Source: Octopus bimaculoides
Lineage: Eukaryota
Direction: 5' to 3'
Assembly: GCF_001194135.2 (NCBI RefSeq)
Contig: NC_068988.1
Location: 37,990,264-38,054,263, forward strand
DNA: 64,000 nucleotides
The notes under the pieces: model-generated
Database searches by the model: none
What the model was told of the DNA's origin: nothing
Seen by the model: only the letters and a program-made list of their open reading frames with translations
Position numbers and translations under genes: made by a program
Shown: one piece after another, positions 52,195 through 64,000 of the stretch
How the letters are laid out: the number at the start of each line of letters is the position of its first letter
Numbering within the stretch: the first letter of the stretch is position 1

Positions 52195-52237
52195 CAGTGA
52201 CTTCAAAGTTTTGGCCAGCTAAGCCATCACCAGACTG
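52195..52237 (-). ncRNA. Degenerate minimal type I hammerhead ribozyme motif (Penelope-like element type)
   Basis: Minus strand reads CAGT CTGGTGA T GGC TTAGCTG GCC AAAAC TTTGAA GTC ACTG. Stem I is CAGT/ACTG, stem II is GGC/GCC, stem III is a palindromic ACTT-TG-AAGT, and the cleavage triplet is GUC. The core deviates at A6G and G12A. Confidence 0.6.
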
Positions 52238-52273
52238 ATAATGGCTTAGCTGGCCAAAACTTTGAAGTCAATG
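52231..52273 (+). ncRNA. Second, inverted degenerate hammerhead motif
   Basis: Plus strand reads CAGA CTGATAA T GGC TTAGCTG GCC AAAAC TTTGAA GTC AATG. The core deviates at G8A and G12A and stem I is partly broken. It overlaps the minus-strand copy at its 5' end. Confidence 0.5.
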
Positions 52274-52723
52274 TCAACATAATTTTATATAAGAATGATA
52301 AGCCTGTACTCTAAAACATGACCTCTTTGCCTCATGCATAAAGCAAAAAAAAAGGGGGGGGCCTTGAGCAGCCCCCCCCCTTAAGGGAAATTTCTCCCTC
52401 TCTTCTGTTTCTTAGCAAACTCTCTTTCTCTTCACTTCTTACTGTGTGTGTGTGTGTGTNNNNNNNNNNNNNNNNNNNNNNNNNNNNNNNNNNNNNNNNN
52501 NNNNNNNNNNNNNNNNNNNNNNNNNNNNNNNNNNNNNNNNNNNNNNNNNNNNNNNNNNNNNNNNNNNNNNNTATTTATTTACATTAAGGGCATTACTATA
52601 CATAAATGCCCTTAATATAAATAGATATATTTAAAGGGAATAATTAATAAATATTTCCCTTATGAGGTTTTTCATGCTACCTACTTGATAAATTCTTATA
52701 AAGATTTTATCCTATTTTTAAAT

Positions 52724-52758
<35 letters not shown>

Positions 52759-53276
52759 GACGGGATTCTTTGAGTTTCCGTCTACCAAATCCACTCACAT
52801 TGCTTTGGTCGGCCCGAGGCTATAGGAGAAGACACTTATCCAAGGTGCCACACAGTAGGAATGAACCCGGAACCATGTGGTCGGTAAGCAAGCTACTTAC
52901 CACATAGCCACTCCTGCGCCTATATATATATGTATGTATATATAAATTCATTTGTTCACTTTATCTCCATTTTTCCATGATAACATTGATGAAATGGATA
53001 CATATTAGTGAGGCATTGTTTTATGATCAGATTCCCTTTCTGTCATTAACTTTCACCTTTTACAGAACAATGGAGTTTTCATTCCACTTATTTTTGAAAT
53101 TGCAGAGATACTGGATAACTCGATGACACCATTTGTAGCTCCCTTAGCACAGAATATTAACCTTCACATAAACTCACACATGCACTGGCACATATAGACT
53201 TTGTACAGTCTTTGTATACCAAATTCACTCGTGTCATTAGTCAGAGCTTGGGACTACCGTATAGCAGATACTATAG

Positions 53277-53506
53277 GGCGGCGAGCTGGCAAAATCATTC
53301 GCACGCCGGGTGAAATGTTTAGCGGTATTTCGTCTGCCTTAATGTTCTGAGTTCAAATTCCGCCAAAGTCGACTTTGCCTTTCATCCTTTCGAGGTTGAT
53401 AAATTAAGTACCAGTTACGCACTGGGGTCGAATTAATCAACTTAATCCCTTTGCCTGTCCTTGTTTGTCCCCTCTATGTTTTGCCCCTTGTGGGCAATAA
53501 AGAAAT
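53277..53506 (+). mobile_element. Young tRNA-derived SINE (second family, CpG-rich)
   Basis: ggcggcgagctggc...gttctgagttcaaattccgcc...gcctttcatcctttcgaggttgataaattaagtaccagtt...gggcaataaagaaata. There is a near-identical inverted copy at 61457-61696 and an older copy at about 8400-8640. Confidence 0.85.
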
Positions 53507-53961
53507 ACGATGCATGAGTTTCCATGCAGTTGGATCAAACCATGGTTGCAAAACAAACTTCTTAATCACACAGTTGTGCCTGTCCCTTTACATGTGTGTG
53601 TATAAGTTGATAGATAGTAGTTTGCTTTAATGCAGTCCATGTTACCAACTATTTTGGTCTGAATGTTTAGATTGATGTTTCATCCCTATACCCATATAGT
53701 ATTGTGATTATATATTTATATTATCCATACAGGCGTAGGTTAGATTGTCAGAAACATTCCATAACATTTGAATAGCAAAGAAACCAATTATTGAAATTTC
53801 AAATACTTACACACATACATATACACACACATATATATATCCATACACATACTTATATGAATACATGTGAATACACACACATCTATACACATAGACATGC
53901 ACATATACCTAAAAGTACATACATGCATATATATATTATACACACACACATAAAAATTTTA

Positions 53962-54420
53962 ACATCTGGTTTGCCGTTCTGCGATGGGCAGGAGATCTTC
54001 TCTTACATAGTGAGTTGCCAATCAAATGTAAATCCTTTGTCATCTGTGTCAGGTGCAACAACTTCAAATCCGTCTTCAATCACTTTATCCTGGGTCTTCC
54101 GCAGTCTTCCTCGTCTGCATGTTTAATTCACTTTGAGCATGCAGCACTTTCTTATAGCAGTCCTCCAGCATTTGCTTCGAATGCCTCTCCCAACACTCTT
54201 CTCCATCATTCATTACATCTGATTCCTGTTATGCTTAATTTTTCTCTTAACTCATTTGTGTTCCACTGTTCATGATCGCATCCTGTGGAGCATGTTTGGT
54301 TTATTTATTTCTTTCTAACCTTTGCAAATCTTCTACATTCAAGGCCCATATCTCACTTCCATACAGCAGTGCTCTTTATATGAAAGCATCATGATTTACC
54401 CTTCTCTCTGAAAAGCACTG
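53962..54420 (-). mobile_element. Degenerate RTE-clade LINE fragment
   Basis: Minus strand reads RALLYGSEIWALNVEDLQRLERN...NELREKLSITGIR...RRGRLRKTQDKVI, with frameshifts. Confidence 0.75.
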
Positions 54421-55631
54421 AACGTTTTCAAACCAGTTTTTTTTTTACTCTGGTTGCTATGTTTTCTGGACACTTACTCCTGCTACTAATTAAGTCCCAT
54501 AAGTATCAGAAAATATCAAGTACTTCTGGGTGTTGGAGACAGTTTTTTCACGTGTGCTCTTAGTACTTATTACCCTTGTGCACTTGCCATGGGCACAAAG
54601 GGAGCAAGTGCTAAGTGCTAAGACTTCTCTGTTAGCAGCTCTGTGAGCCTACATCTTTTGTACTTCTATTAATATTTACATTGGGTGCACCATATGGTAT
54701 ACCTACCTCCTCCTTTTCTATATACTTATCACAGATATTTTTCTTATGGTTTCTGTGCCTTATTTTATGTCTACATAGAGGACTCCTGATTCTAGGTTTT
54801 ATTTCTATGCCTGGAATTTTTCTATAATTCTATCACTGATTTGGCTATAAAAGCTAGGTCATAAGCATAGAGGAGTTCCCATAGGCAACCAATCCTTTGT
54901 AAGGACTTGGAGGATTAATAAACAGAAGACGACTGAGGACTGACCTCTGACATACTCCTAGTGTCATGTAGAATTCATCTCTATGCTTTTAATGCTGACC
55001 TTCCTGCCTGCATTTCGTACAGCTCAACAATTACCAGATTACACACACAGCCCCCCGCCCCATGTCAAAGAATGCCCAGCTGTAGGCCTTTAAGAAGTAC
55101 TGTAATAAATTTGTTATATTTTGGGATGGTCGTTTTTTATTTACTTATTTTTGTCAAATAACCACACACTATATATTCATTCTTCACTCGTTCATTATTG
55201 TTCTTATTTTATTTTATGTCCATTGTCTGGAAATCTTTTGTCACACACTTGTGATCTCATCAGCAACTCTTCCATCCTATGTGTCTCCTCCTATTCTGAT
55301 TAGTCCATTCTGTCTTTCTAAATATAACTATATCTGTTTCAACACATGATTTTGTATCAGGAATCTTGCAAAACAAATCCATAAATTAAATAAATTTACT
55401 TTTGATTAATATGAACTGTCAGAATATCTAAATTAGGCTACTCATTGCAATGGTTATCTACTTTATATAGTAATTAAATATTCTATGCTATTGATTGGAG
55501 GAAGGAAACTGGGTTATCTTTAGAGGTATGATTAAATAGACCATGAAATGTTTTGTCAGGAGACTCCCTACTCTTTTTCTCATTCGTTAAAAGCATAAAA
55601 GAAATCTGCTTATTTCCCATTTCTCTCATAG

Positions 55632-55983
55632 CTTTGCTTCCTACCCACTGCATGGTACTTTGGGCAACTGTCTTCTACTATAGCCCCAGGCCAACGAAAG
55701 CTATGTGAGTGGATTTGGTAGACGGAAATTGAAGAAAGCACATCATATATGTGTGTGTGTGTATTTGTGTGTATGTATGTGTCTGTTTCCCCCCTTCCCA
55801 CCATAGCTTGACAACTAACGTTAGTGTGTTTATATCGGTGTAACTTAACAGTTCAGCAAAAAAGAACGATAGAATAAGTGCTAGGCTTACAAAGAATAAG
55901 TTCGGGGTTGAATTGTTCAGCTAAAGGTGGTGCTCCAGCATGGCTGCAGTCAAATGACTGAAACAAGTAAACGAATAAAAGAA
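55632..55983 (+). mobile_element. CORE-type SINE with an alternative 3' tail
   Basis: Same head as the 2081 family, but the tail is ...accatagcttgacaactaacg...ggtgctccagcatggctgcagtcaaatgactgaaacaagtaaacgaataaaaga. This tail is also at 36628-36918(+), 9830-10050(-), 15935-16135(-) and 35950-36170(-). Confidence 0.75.
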
Positions 55984-55998
55984 TATATACATACATAC

Positions 55999-56063
<65 letters not shown>

Positions 56064-56064
56064 A

Positions 56065-56325
56065 TGGACTCTCCCATCATTAGATGACGCATCAGGATTT
56101 GACAGTTTTTTACCAAACAACCACACAAATGATTTGTTTATAAGCTCACTCGCTCCATCAAATCGACATTACCTGTACAGGTGCAACGAGTGCCACATGT
56201 CAGATGATGAAATGATCACAGAGCAACATGAAACGAAGTGCTTTGTTGATGAACCCATCTCAACGCCCGGTCTGAGAATCGAACCCATTTTCTCACAATC
56301 GTGAGTGCAACATCGTAACCACTAA
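56065..56325 (-). mobile_element. tRNA-derived SINE
   Basis: Minus strand has an A-box-like TAGTGGTTACG and a B-box-like GGTTCGATTCT. Related heads at about 1803-1960(+) and 34205-34315(-). Confidence 0.65.
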
Positions 56326-57394
56326 GTAATTATCTGGACTTTGGGTATATGTCTATTAGTATGCCAATTAAAGCACATTTACCATTTGGGCTACCTGATG
56401 TCTCACTGGATCTCTATTAGGAAATCTGCATGTGTGTGTGTGTGTGTGTGTGTGTATGTTATTGAGAGAGAGTGGGAGAAAGAGATGTGTATGTGTGTAT
56501 ATACACGCGCACACATATATACAGGGCGAAAGAGAAAGAAAACCGTTTAGCTTCTTTTAAAATTTTTCTATGAGAAACATTTCAAAAATTTTTACCTCAT
56601 TACCTTTCTGGAAATCATTGCTTTCACTTCTGTTGTCCAACTTTTTTTTTTTTCATCAACTCAGAAACCGAAACCTCCAGTTCAAAGTTCTTGTGTTATA
56701 CTTGAAGCCCCCCCCCCTTTTTTTTTCTATTTTCTTCATTTGAAAATTATTCAAAAATAGAGTTGCTATTGTTAAATCTGAAGTGCGTTATTTTATAGAA
56801 TTAAATGAGCAGAACATTGTAGAAATAAGGAACAAGAAAATAAAATAAAATGAAATTAGGAGAAAATATTCCAAGCATTTGAAGAACACAAAAGTCATGT
56901 CATAAAAATGTCATAAAAGTGTCATATAGTGATCAATGTCATTTGTTTTATGAGCAATTCAGCATTGTATTTTTAGTACAATTTAAAACATGAAGAAATA
57001 GGAATTTTATATTTTTTTGTTATAAAATTGATGGAAATTGATAAAAATCAAAGCATTTTCCCTCGTTTTGAAAGGCTACAAAATTGTAATGCTGATGGTA
57101 TTCATGTTGTTGTCATCCAAGCATTCCTCAGAGATTTTTCAGTGCTTCCAGAATCAAAAGAGTAATTAATTTTCTTCATGTAAAAAAAAGGTCAATCAAG
57201 GTTGTTTAATACCAATTTTTTTTTTTAATGACTCTGGTGCTGTCCTTGCTTTAATTTCAATGTGTTTGACCCATTGGCAAACTTGAGCTGTTATTCACTT
57301 CTTGATATGATCTGATAGTGTTAACTCATGATGTGAGAGTTCCGTCAGCCTATGAAAAGCTTGTTAATTCAACAAGGGATCATAATTAACATGT

Positions 57395-57605
57395 TACCAT
57401 ATTTTCCTGCATACAGGTTGATGCAGTTTATAGTGTAAACATGCAGTGAAAATATTCAAACATCACCACTAGCTTTCCAAACCCTGCTGTATTTCACATG
57501 GAATATTTGGTCTCCCAAAGTTACCTTGGTATATAAGACAACCTACCATATTTTTAACTAAATATTGGTTTGACAAATTCAATTTGTATGCTGGAAAATA
57601 CAATA
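57395..57605. mobile_element. Tc1/mariner pogo-like MITE
   Basis: TA-flanked TIRs TA|CCATATTTTCCTGCATACA and TGTATGCTGGAAAATACAA|TA. Related copies at about 17690-17903 and 20170-20672. Confidence 0.65.
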
Positions 57606-59734
57606 GTCCTCTTGATATTAATTACTTTTATGTTTAATGGATTTTGTTAAGTGAGCCCTCAAGTGATTTCCACACAAAAAGAGACAACTTTCCAAGGAAT
57701 CCATCAGAACACCGTGATCCCATATTTTCTATCCACAATTAGAATTATTGTGGAATTACCACATGGCATGGAGTTTACTGTACAACTAACATTTGGTCAT
57801 GCATTGTTGCTTAATTTTTCTCCAGACTTGTGTTATTTCATCCAACTATTTAGCATTTAATCCAGCTATATTCAGCCCAAATATTCTACTTGTTTTATGT
57901 TCAAACTAGCCAGATCCAGCCTCTTACATCTACTCTACAATGTCATTCTGAAATCTTGAAACTACATGATAATATATGATTAATTCACAATAACATGAAT
58001 AAATAAGCATTGCATTTGACAGAGTAATCTGAAATACTAAAGGGTTAATCATTTAGCATTCACATTACTCTGTAAAATATAATGCTTATGTATTCACAAT
58101 CATCATCATCAATTAACATCCATAAAATAGTCAGAGTATTTGGGTTAGATATGGCTGGTTTAAATGCTAAAGGGTTCAAGTATCATTGAAATACATTGCT
58201 ACCATGGAACATTTTTGCTCACAAGTCTGGGAAGCAGTTTTGTTAAAAGGATGTTTGAGGTTAATTTTTACAGGATATTGTAGCACCTGAACCACCACCT
58301 AACTTACACAAACCGTGATGTTGTGCTTAAAAGATGCAGGCTGATTTTCTTGAACATGATTTTGGAGAAAAGAAATAGCATACATGCTACAGGCTGTGAA
58401 ACATGGTACATTTCATTAACTTGCAGTTTCTTTTATTATTTTGGTTCTTTATTTCAAATTTTCTAATGTCTTGGCTTTGGTTTATATTATTATAAATTTG
58501 GGCTTTCAACTTCTGTATGCAACACTTATTTATTTCTTTGTCTGTGTGTCCATTCTCGTCGCCATTTTTGTTTCCTAAATTAGTCAATTGTTTGGGAATC
58601 CAGTAAAATGAGGGATCTAATTTTTCCTTTTTCTTCACATTATATCTATCAAATAACATTATAACTATCAAATACAGTACATTTCAATAGCCTGCTGTGT
58701 CATTTTCCTTATTTTATTTTTTATTTTCACTTTATCTTATGTCCTTTTTTTTCTTCCTTTTATCTTGGCTTCTATTATCATTTTGGTTTCAATTATTTTG
58801 TTTGTGGGGTTTATTTTATGTATATCTCTTGTCTCTGCTCCAAGTCTCATTTCTGCATGGGTGCAAGTTTTCCCCGCTTATTCAAAATTCATTTTGTAAA
58901 TTTGCCATTTTGTTGATTTTTTTCTCATATTTTATTGGTGATGGAATTTTTGTGTCTGATTTTTTTCATCTCCTTTTGTTTTTTACTTTGATTAAATTTA
59001 GAAATATCTGATAGTCAAAGACTGCCAATATAGAGCACTTTGTTGAGTGCTTATTGTAACTAGCTAGAAACTTCACATTACTAAAATTATATATTGCTGT
59101 AGTGAACTTTGTCATTCATCTTCCTGTGGGAGACGTTTTGATGCATACACACGCAAAAAAAAAAGTACTAGTGGTCAATTTAGTCAATTAGTATCTTTTC
59201 TGTAAAAATTGTCTGTTTACTTAATCAAAACAAATCAATATGTAAGCAATATGAAATGTTATTTATATAGTATACTGAATCTGTCATTTGGTAAGTAATG
59301 ACTTGAAGGAAAACTACTTAAATCAATCTCATATGAAGTTTGAATAATATCGTAAACAACTGAACAATAACAGAGATTGCTACAACTGACTCAAGTTAGA
59401 TTGAAGAGTTACTGCTGCCTGATAGTAAGGAATTTTTGTTTAACAGGTACAGGAAATTGGAGTGACAAAGAAGTTTACCAATATGTTGTGCAATGAGAAA
59501 GAGAAGATTATTATCATTATTATTATTGAGTGAGAGAGCAGTGCATGCCATCAAAGTGACACTGGGGTAAAATATATGAAGCCCAGTATACCGATTATGA
59601 CTACCCGTCTGATAAGGGTACACCAGGCACATGCATCACAACCATATGTGTGCAACATGGTCATCTCATCAAGATTAACAGCCCAACATAACTGTCATCT
59701 ATCAAAATGTGTAACTATCAACTACACTCTCGGA

Positions 59735-59898
59735 GTGGTTGGCATTAGGAAGGGCATCCAGCTGTAGAAACTCTGCCAAATCAGATTGGAGCCTGGTGTA
59801 GCCATCTGGTTTCACCAGTCCTCAGTCAAATCATCCAACCCATGCCAGCATGGAAAGCGGACGTTAAACGACGACGATGATGATGATGATGATGATGA
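59735..59898 (+). mobile_element. RTE/SINE-shared 3' tail with (GAT)n
   Basis: ggcattaggaagggcatccagctgtagaaac...ccaacccatgccagcatggaaagcggacgttaaacgacgacgatgatg. Near-identical inverted copies at about 28291-28470 and 31965-32075, older ones at 2690-2810, 25580-25745, 31748-31900, 35415-35570 and 44215-44580. Confidence 0.8.
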
Positions 59899-61234
59899 TC
59901 AAAATGTAAAATGCTGAAATAGATGGCACAATTCATCTCACCCAACACCCAAATCATCAATCTCTCGTTGAGAATATCACAGCCTTAAAAATACTAACAA
60001 CGATAATAATAATAATAATAATAATAATAATCCTTTCTACTATAGGCACAAGGCCAGCAATTTCAGAAGAGGAGGCTGGTTGATTACATTGACCTCAGTA
60101 CTCGATCTGGTTCTCATTTCAACAACCCTGAAAGGATGAAATGTAAAGACAGACAAAATGTGATCTTTCTATCTTAAGAACAAAGTGTGTGATTTAAGGG
60201 AGATTTGGCTACTTTCAGAATTTCAGTTGATTACATAAAACCTCTGTAATTGATGTTGGTTTTCACACTTGTTCTGTTGTGAATTTCATTCTCACCAATG
60301 ATGCCAAAGTCTTACAGATACCCTGCAGATTACTTTGAGTTTTAAGGTTAGGGATGAACTAGATCTGCAATTCTTACTTCTTGGCCCTTTATATACTACA
60401 AATGTTAGCTTGTACCAACTCTGTTTCAGTTGGAATCAGTATGTACAGGAATCGCTTCTTTAATTTTCCAAATTGTAGCATTGTCTACAATTCTTGTTTA
60501 CATCAAAAGATTTATGGTACGATGGACATAATTGTATATTGCTTCATTACATTTAGATTTATTTGCATAATTTATGTAATATATCTTAATTATTCATTTC
60601 TGTGTTTATTATCATATTATGCATTATCTACCAACCACTGTTGGAATCTAACGTTTTACTTGCTAGAAATAGCAACCAAAGCTTTCTCAAATCACTTATT
60701 TAAAAATAGGAATGATTCTTTAGATAATGTAGTGCTAGATGCACTCTGTCAAGAAAAAAAAAAGAAAGAAATAGCGACTGGTAAGATAGCGCTGGTTGGA
60801 ATGTCTTTGTTTATAGATTTCAATCTGAGATGACACAGGTTAAATATTGTCATAAATTATAGTATACATTACGTTCCTATTTAAATTGACCTCTGATATG
60901 TAACATGTAGCCAAAAGTTTTTTTTGTTTGTTTGTCTGTCTGTCTTGATTCTTCCAAAAGATTCTAGAAAGCAGAGAGAAAATAATGCACCACTAGATAC
61001 ATACTGCCCTAGGTAAACACTATGTGAACAGGCAGACTATATATATTATGCTCCCTGTTAGTGTATGTTTTCATGTGTGTTAACTACAGCATTAGAGTGC
61101 TTTAGCTCTTATTTCTAGCAATGTAGGTGTTACCTAACGCCCTAGTCACATTTAGTGACAATTTTAATTCTCCTTTTTAGTGAAACATTGCAAACTGCTG
61201 TTTATATTAGTTATATATATATATATGTGTGTGT

Positions 61235-61753
61235 GGAGGCACAATGGCCCCGTGGTTAGGGTAGTAGACTTGTGGTCATAGGATCATAGTTTCAATTCCC
61301 AGACCGGGCGTTGTGAGTGTTTATTGAGTGAAAACACCTAAAGCTCTACGAGGCTCCGGCAGGAGACGGTGGCAAACTGCTGTATTCTTTCACCACAACT
61401 TTCTCTCACACTTTCTTCCTGTTTCTGTTGTACCTGTATTTCACAGGGCCAGTCTTATTTCTTTTATTTCTTTACTGCCCACAAGGAGCTAAACATAGAG
61501 GGGACAAACAAGGACAGACAAGGAGATTAAGTCGATTACATCGACCCCCAGTGCATTACTGGTACTTAATTTATTGACCCCGAAAGGATGAAAGGCAAAG
61601 TCAACCTCGGCGGAATTTGAACTCAGAACGTAACGGCAGACGAAATACCGCTAAGCATTTCGCCCGGCGTACTAACGATTCTGTCAGCTCGCCGCCTTTC
61701 ACAGGGCCAGTCTTGTTACACTCTGTGTCACGCTGAATCTCCCTGAGAACTAC
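61235..61753 (+). mobile_element. Host tRNA-derived SINE (third family), interrupted
   Basis: tRNA-like head ggaggcacaatggccccgtggttaggg...tttcaattcccagaccggg. The 3' part cactctgtgtcacgctgaatctccctgagaactac is shared with the copy at about 37355-37640. Confidence 0.7.
61457..61696 (-). mobile_element. Young SINE with a perfect 18-bp TSD, nested in another SINE
   Basis: tttcacagggccagtctt occurs at 61439-61456 and 61697-61714, flanking the copy. Confidence 0.9.
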
Positions 61754-64000
61754 NNNNNNNNNNNNNNNNNNNNNNNNNNNNNNNNNNNNNNNNNNNNNNN
61801 NNNNNNNNNNNNNNNNNNNNNNNNNNNNNNNNNNNNNNNNNNNNNNNNNNNNNNNNNNNNNNNNNNNNNNNNNNNNNNNNNNNNNNNNNNNNNNNNNNNN
61901 NNNNNNNNNNNNNNNNNNNNNNNNNNNNNNNNNNNNNNNNNNNNNNNNNNNNNNNNNNNNNNNNNNNNNNNNNNNNNNNNNNNNNNNNNNNNNNNNNNNN
62001 NNNNNNNNNNNNNNNNNNNNNNNNNNNNNNNNNNNNNNNNNNNNNNNNNNNNNNNNNNNNNNNNNNNNNNNNNNNNNNNNNNNNNNNNNNNNNNNNNNNN
62101 NNNNNNNNNNNNNNNNNNNNNNNNNNNNNNNNNNNNNNNNNNNNNNNNNNNNNNNNNNNNNNNNNNNNNNNNNNNNNNNNNNNNNNNNNNNNNNNNNNNN
62201 NNNNNNNNNNNNNNNNNNNNNNNNNNNNNNNNNNNNNNNNNNNNNNNNNNNNNNNNNNNNNNNNNNNNNNNNNNNNNNNNNNNNNNNNNNNNNNNNNNNN
62301 NNNNNNNNNNNNNNNNNNNNNNNNNNNNNNNNNNNNNNNNNNNNNNNNNNNNNNNNNNNNNNNNNNNNNNNNNNNNNNNNNNNNNNNNNNNNNNNNNNNN
62401 NNNNNNNNNNNNNNNNNNNNNNNNNNNNNNNNNNNNNNNNNNNNNNNNNNNNNNNNNNNNNNNNNNNNNNNNNNNNNNNNNNNNNNNNNNNNNNNNNNNN
62501 NNNNNNNNNNNNNNNNNNNNNNNNNNNNNNNNNNNNNNNNNNNNNNNNNNNNNNNNNNNNNNNNNNNNNNNNNNNNNNNNNNTATATATATATATATATG
62601 ACAGGCATCTTTTAGTTTCTGTCTACCAAATCTATCTATTCACAGGGCTTTGGTCCACCCAGGGTTATAGTAGAAGACACTTCTTCAAGGTGCCTTGCAG
62701 TGGGACTGAACCTAAAACCACATAATTGGGATGGAAGCTTCTTAACTATACAGCCATGCCTGTGCTTTCAAGTGTAAAATATAATTTCATAGATGATATT
62801 AATCATCTAAGAATTGAGTGGCTGGACAGCAACTGACAAAATGCCAAACCACTATAGATTTAATAATTTTTGCTCATTTATGTGATGATTTAGCAGCTGA
62901 TGAATAAATCACATTTATTCAGAAACATATTGCAGCAAGTCTGACAAATGTTTCATAGTCCTGACAGCTGGAATGACAAATCTGTTATTGCAAAGGATAT
63001 GCACTGAAAGAGTCAGTTCATCTTATAGGGATGACTGCTGTAGATGGCAATCTGTGTCCCAAGCAAACTGAGTTGGGAGGTGGGTTAGAAGCCCAGGATG
63101 CTACATGTTCTTTACTAGTATAAGCTTGGAAAGAACTTTATAGATTGTTTTACTTCCTATACAGTGCAGGTATGGTTGTGTGAGCAAAAAGACTGCATTG
63201 CAATAATGGTTCTGTGTTTAATACCATTAAGTAGCACTGTGGGCAATTGTTTGCTGCTTTAGCCTTGAGTTGGTGACCCAAGCTTTGTAAGTGAATTTGG
63301 ATTGATGGAAGCTTGTTGATATATTTGATATTGGGTGGGAGACTTAAACTGTGTTTCAATTTAGGATCACTATCTCATCTTTAGGTACTTTAGTGGAGAG
63401 CACTCTGTTGCAGGTATTTGAGCCTGGTTTTTGTTTACAGATGTTTCATGAATTGTGGTTTCTCTTCATCCCAGCAATTTTGAAAGTTCTGTAAAACAGC
63501 CATGGCTACTTGGTCCTTCTTCTTTTGATGAAGCCATTAAAGCAAAATCAACAAAAGAAAAAAGAAAAATCACAGAACATAAACAGAATTAAATTAATGT
63601 TTTGAGAAATTGAACGACATTGTATCCTTTAGGAAATAACAAGAAAAAGATGAACAAAATTAACTCCATCTGAGAAATTCAGATATCTCAAGGTTGCATC
63701 CGTTTATTTCAAAAATAATCAATTTTAACTATATTGAACAAAAAAAGATTGTTAGAAAATGATATAGAAAAAGTCAGTTTTAAACTTCAATCAAAAGTCA
63801 ACAGTACAAATTATGTTAATAATAATAATGCTGTAGAAATATTGAATTTCTCGAAAATAAAAATTATTTCATTCTCTGAATTTAATATGATGCACTGTAA
63901 AAATGCATGTATAACACACTGGTTTTGGGCTATAAATTGTTTTAAAACCCTGTAATATCATGTACAATATATTCAGTGTTGCCTGACAGATACAATAGTA

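Noticed and set aside
58274-58318. Possible terminal exon DIVAPEPPPNLHKP* (+) and an overlapping minus-strand GTAAGT donor at 58302-58307
   Set aside because: Weak pyrimidine tracts, no recognisable homology and no partner exons.
62893-62945. CTGATGA-hairpin-GAAAC...GTC as a possible hammerhead
   Set aside because: The 9-bp hairpin sequesters the core TGA, and stems I and III do not form with the GTC site.

Overview
AT-rich, microsatellite-dense, repeat-saturated animal genomic DNA with ten assembly gaps. The SINE families (CORE-like tRNA-derived heads, RTE-type (GAT)n tails) point to an octopus genome; this is inferred from repeat recognition, not from a search. Only one protein-coding region is well supported: a single-exon 71-aa G-protein gamma-subunit-like (GGL) ORF on the + strand (50392-50607). 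It ends in ...NICILCLK rather than a terminal CaaX box. A 59-nt non-coding exon at 26931-26989 is a plausible 5' UTR exon, which would imply an intron of about 23 kb. The rest is mostly tRNA-SINEs, RTE LINE fragments, hAT-, pogo- and piggyBac-like MITEs, long fold-back elements, a 91-bp mini-Helitron and minisatellites grown from one RTE 3'-UTR motif. The most unusual items are (1) the non-canonical G-gamma C-terminus and (2) a ~125-nt hairpin at 52171-52295. That hairpin consists of two head-to-head degenerate minimal type I hammerhead ribozymes of the kind found in Penelope-like elements. Nearly all other ORFs in the supplied track are microsatellite, low-complexity or gap artefacts.
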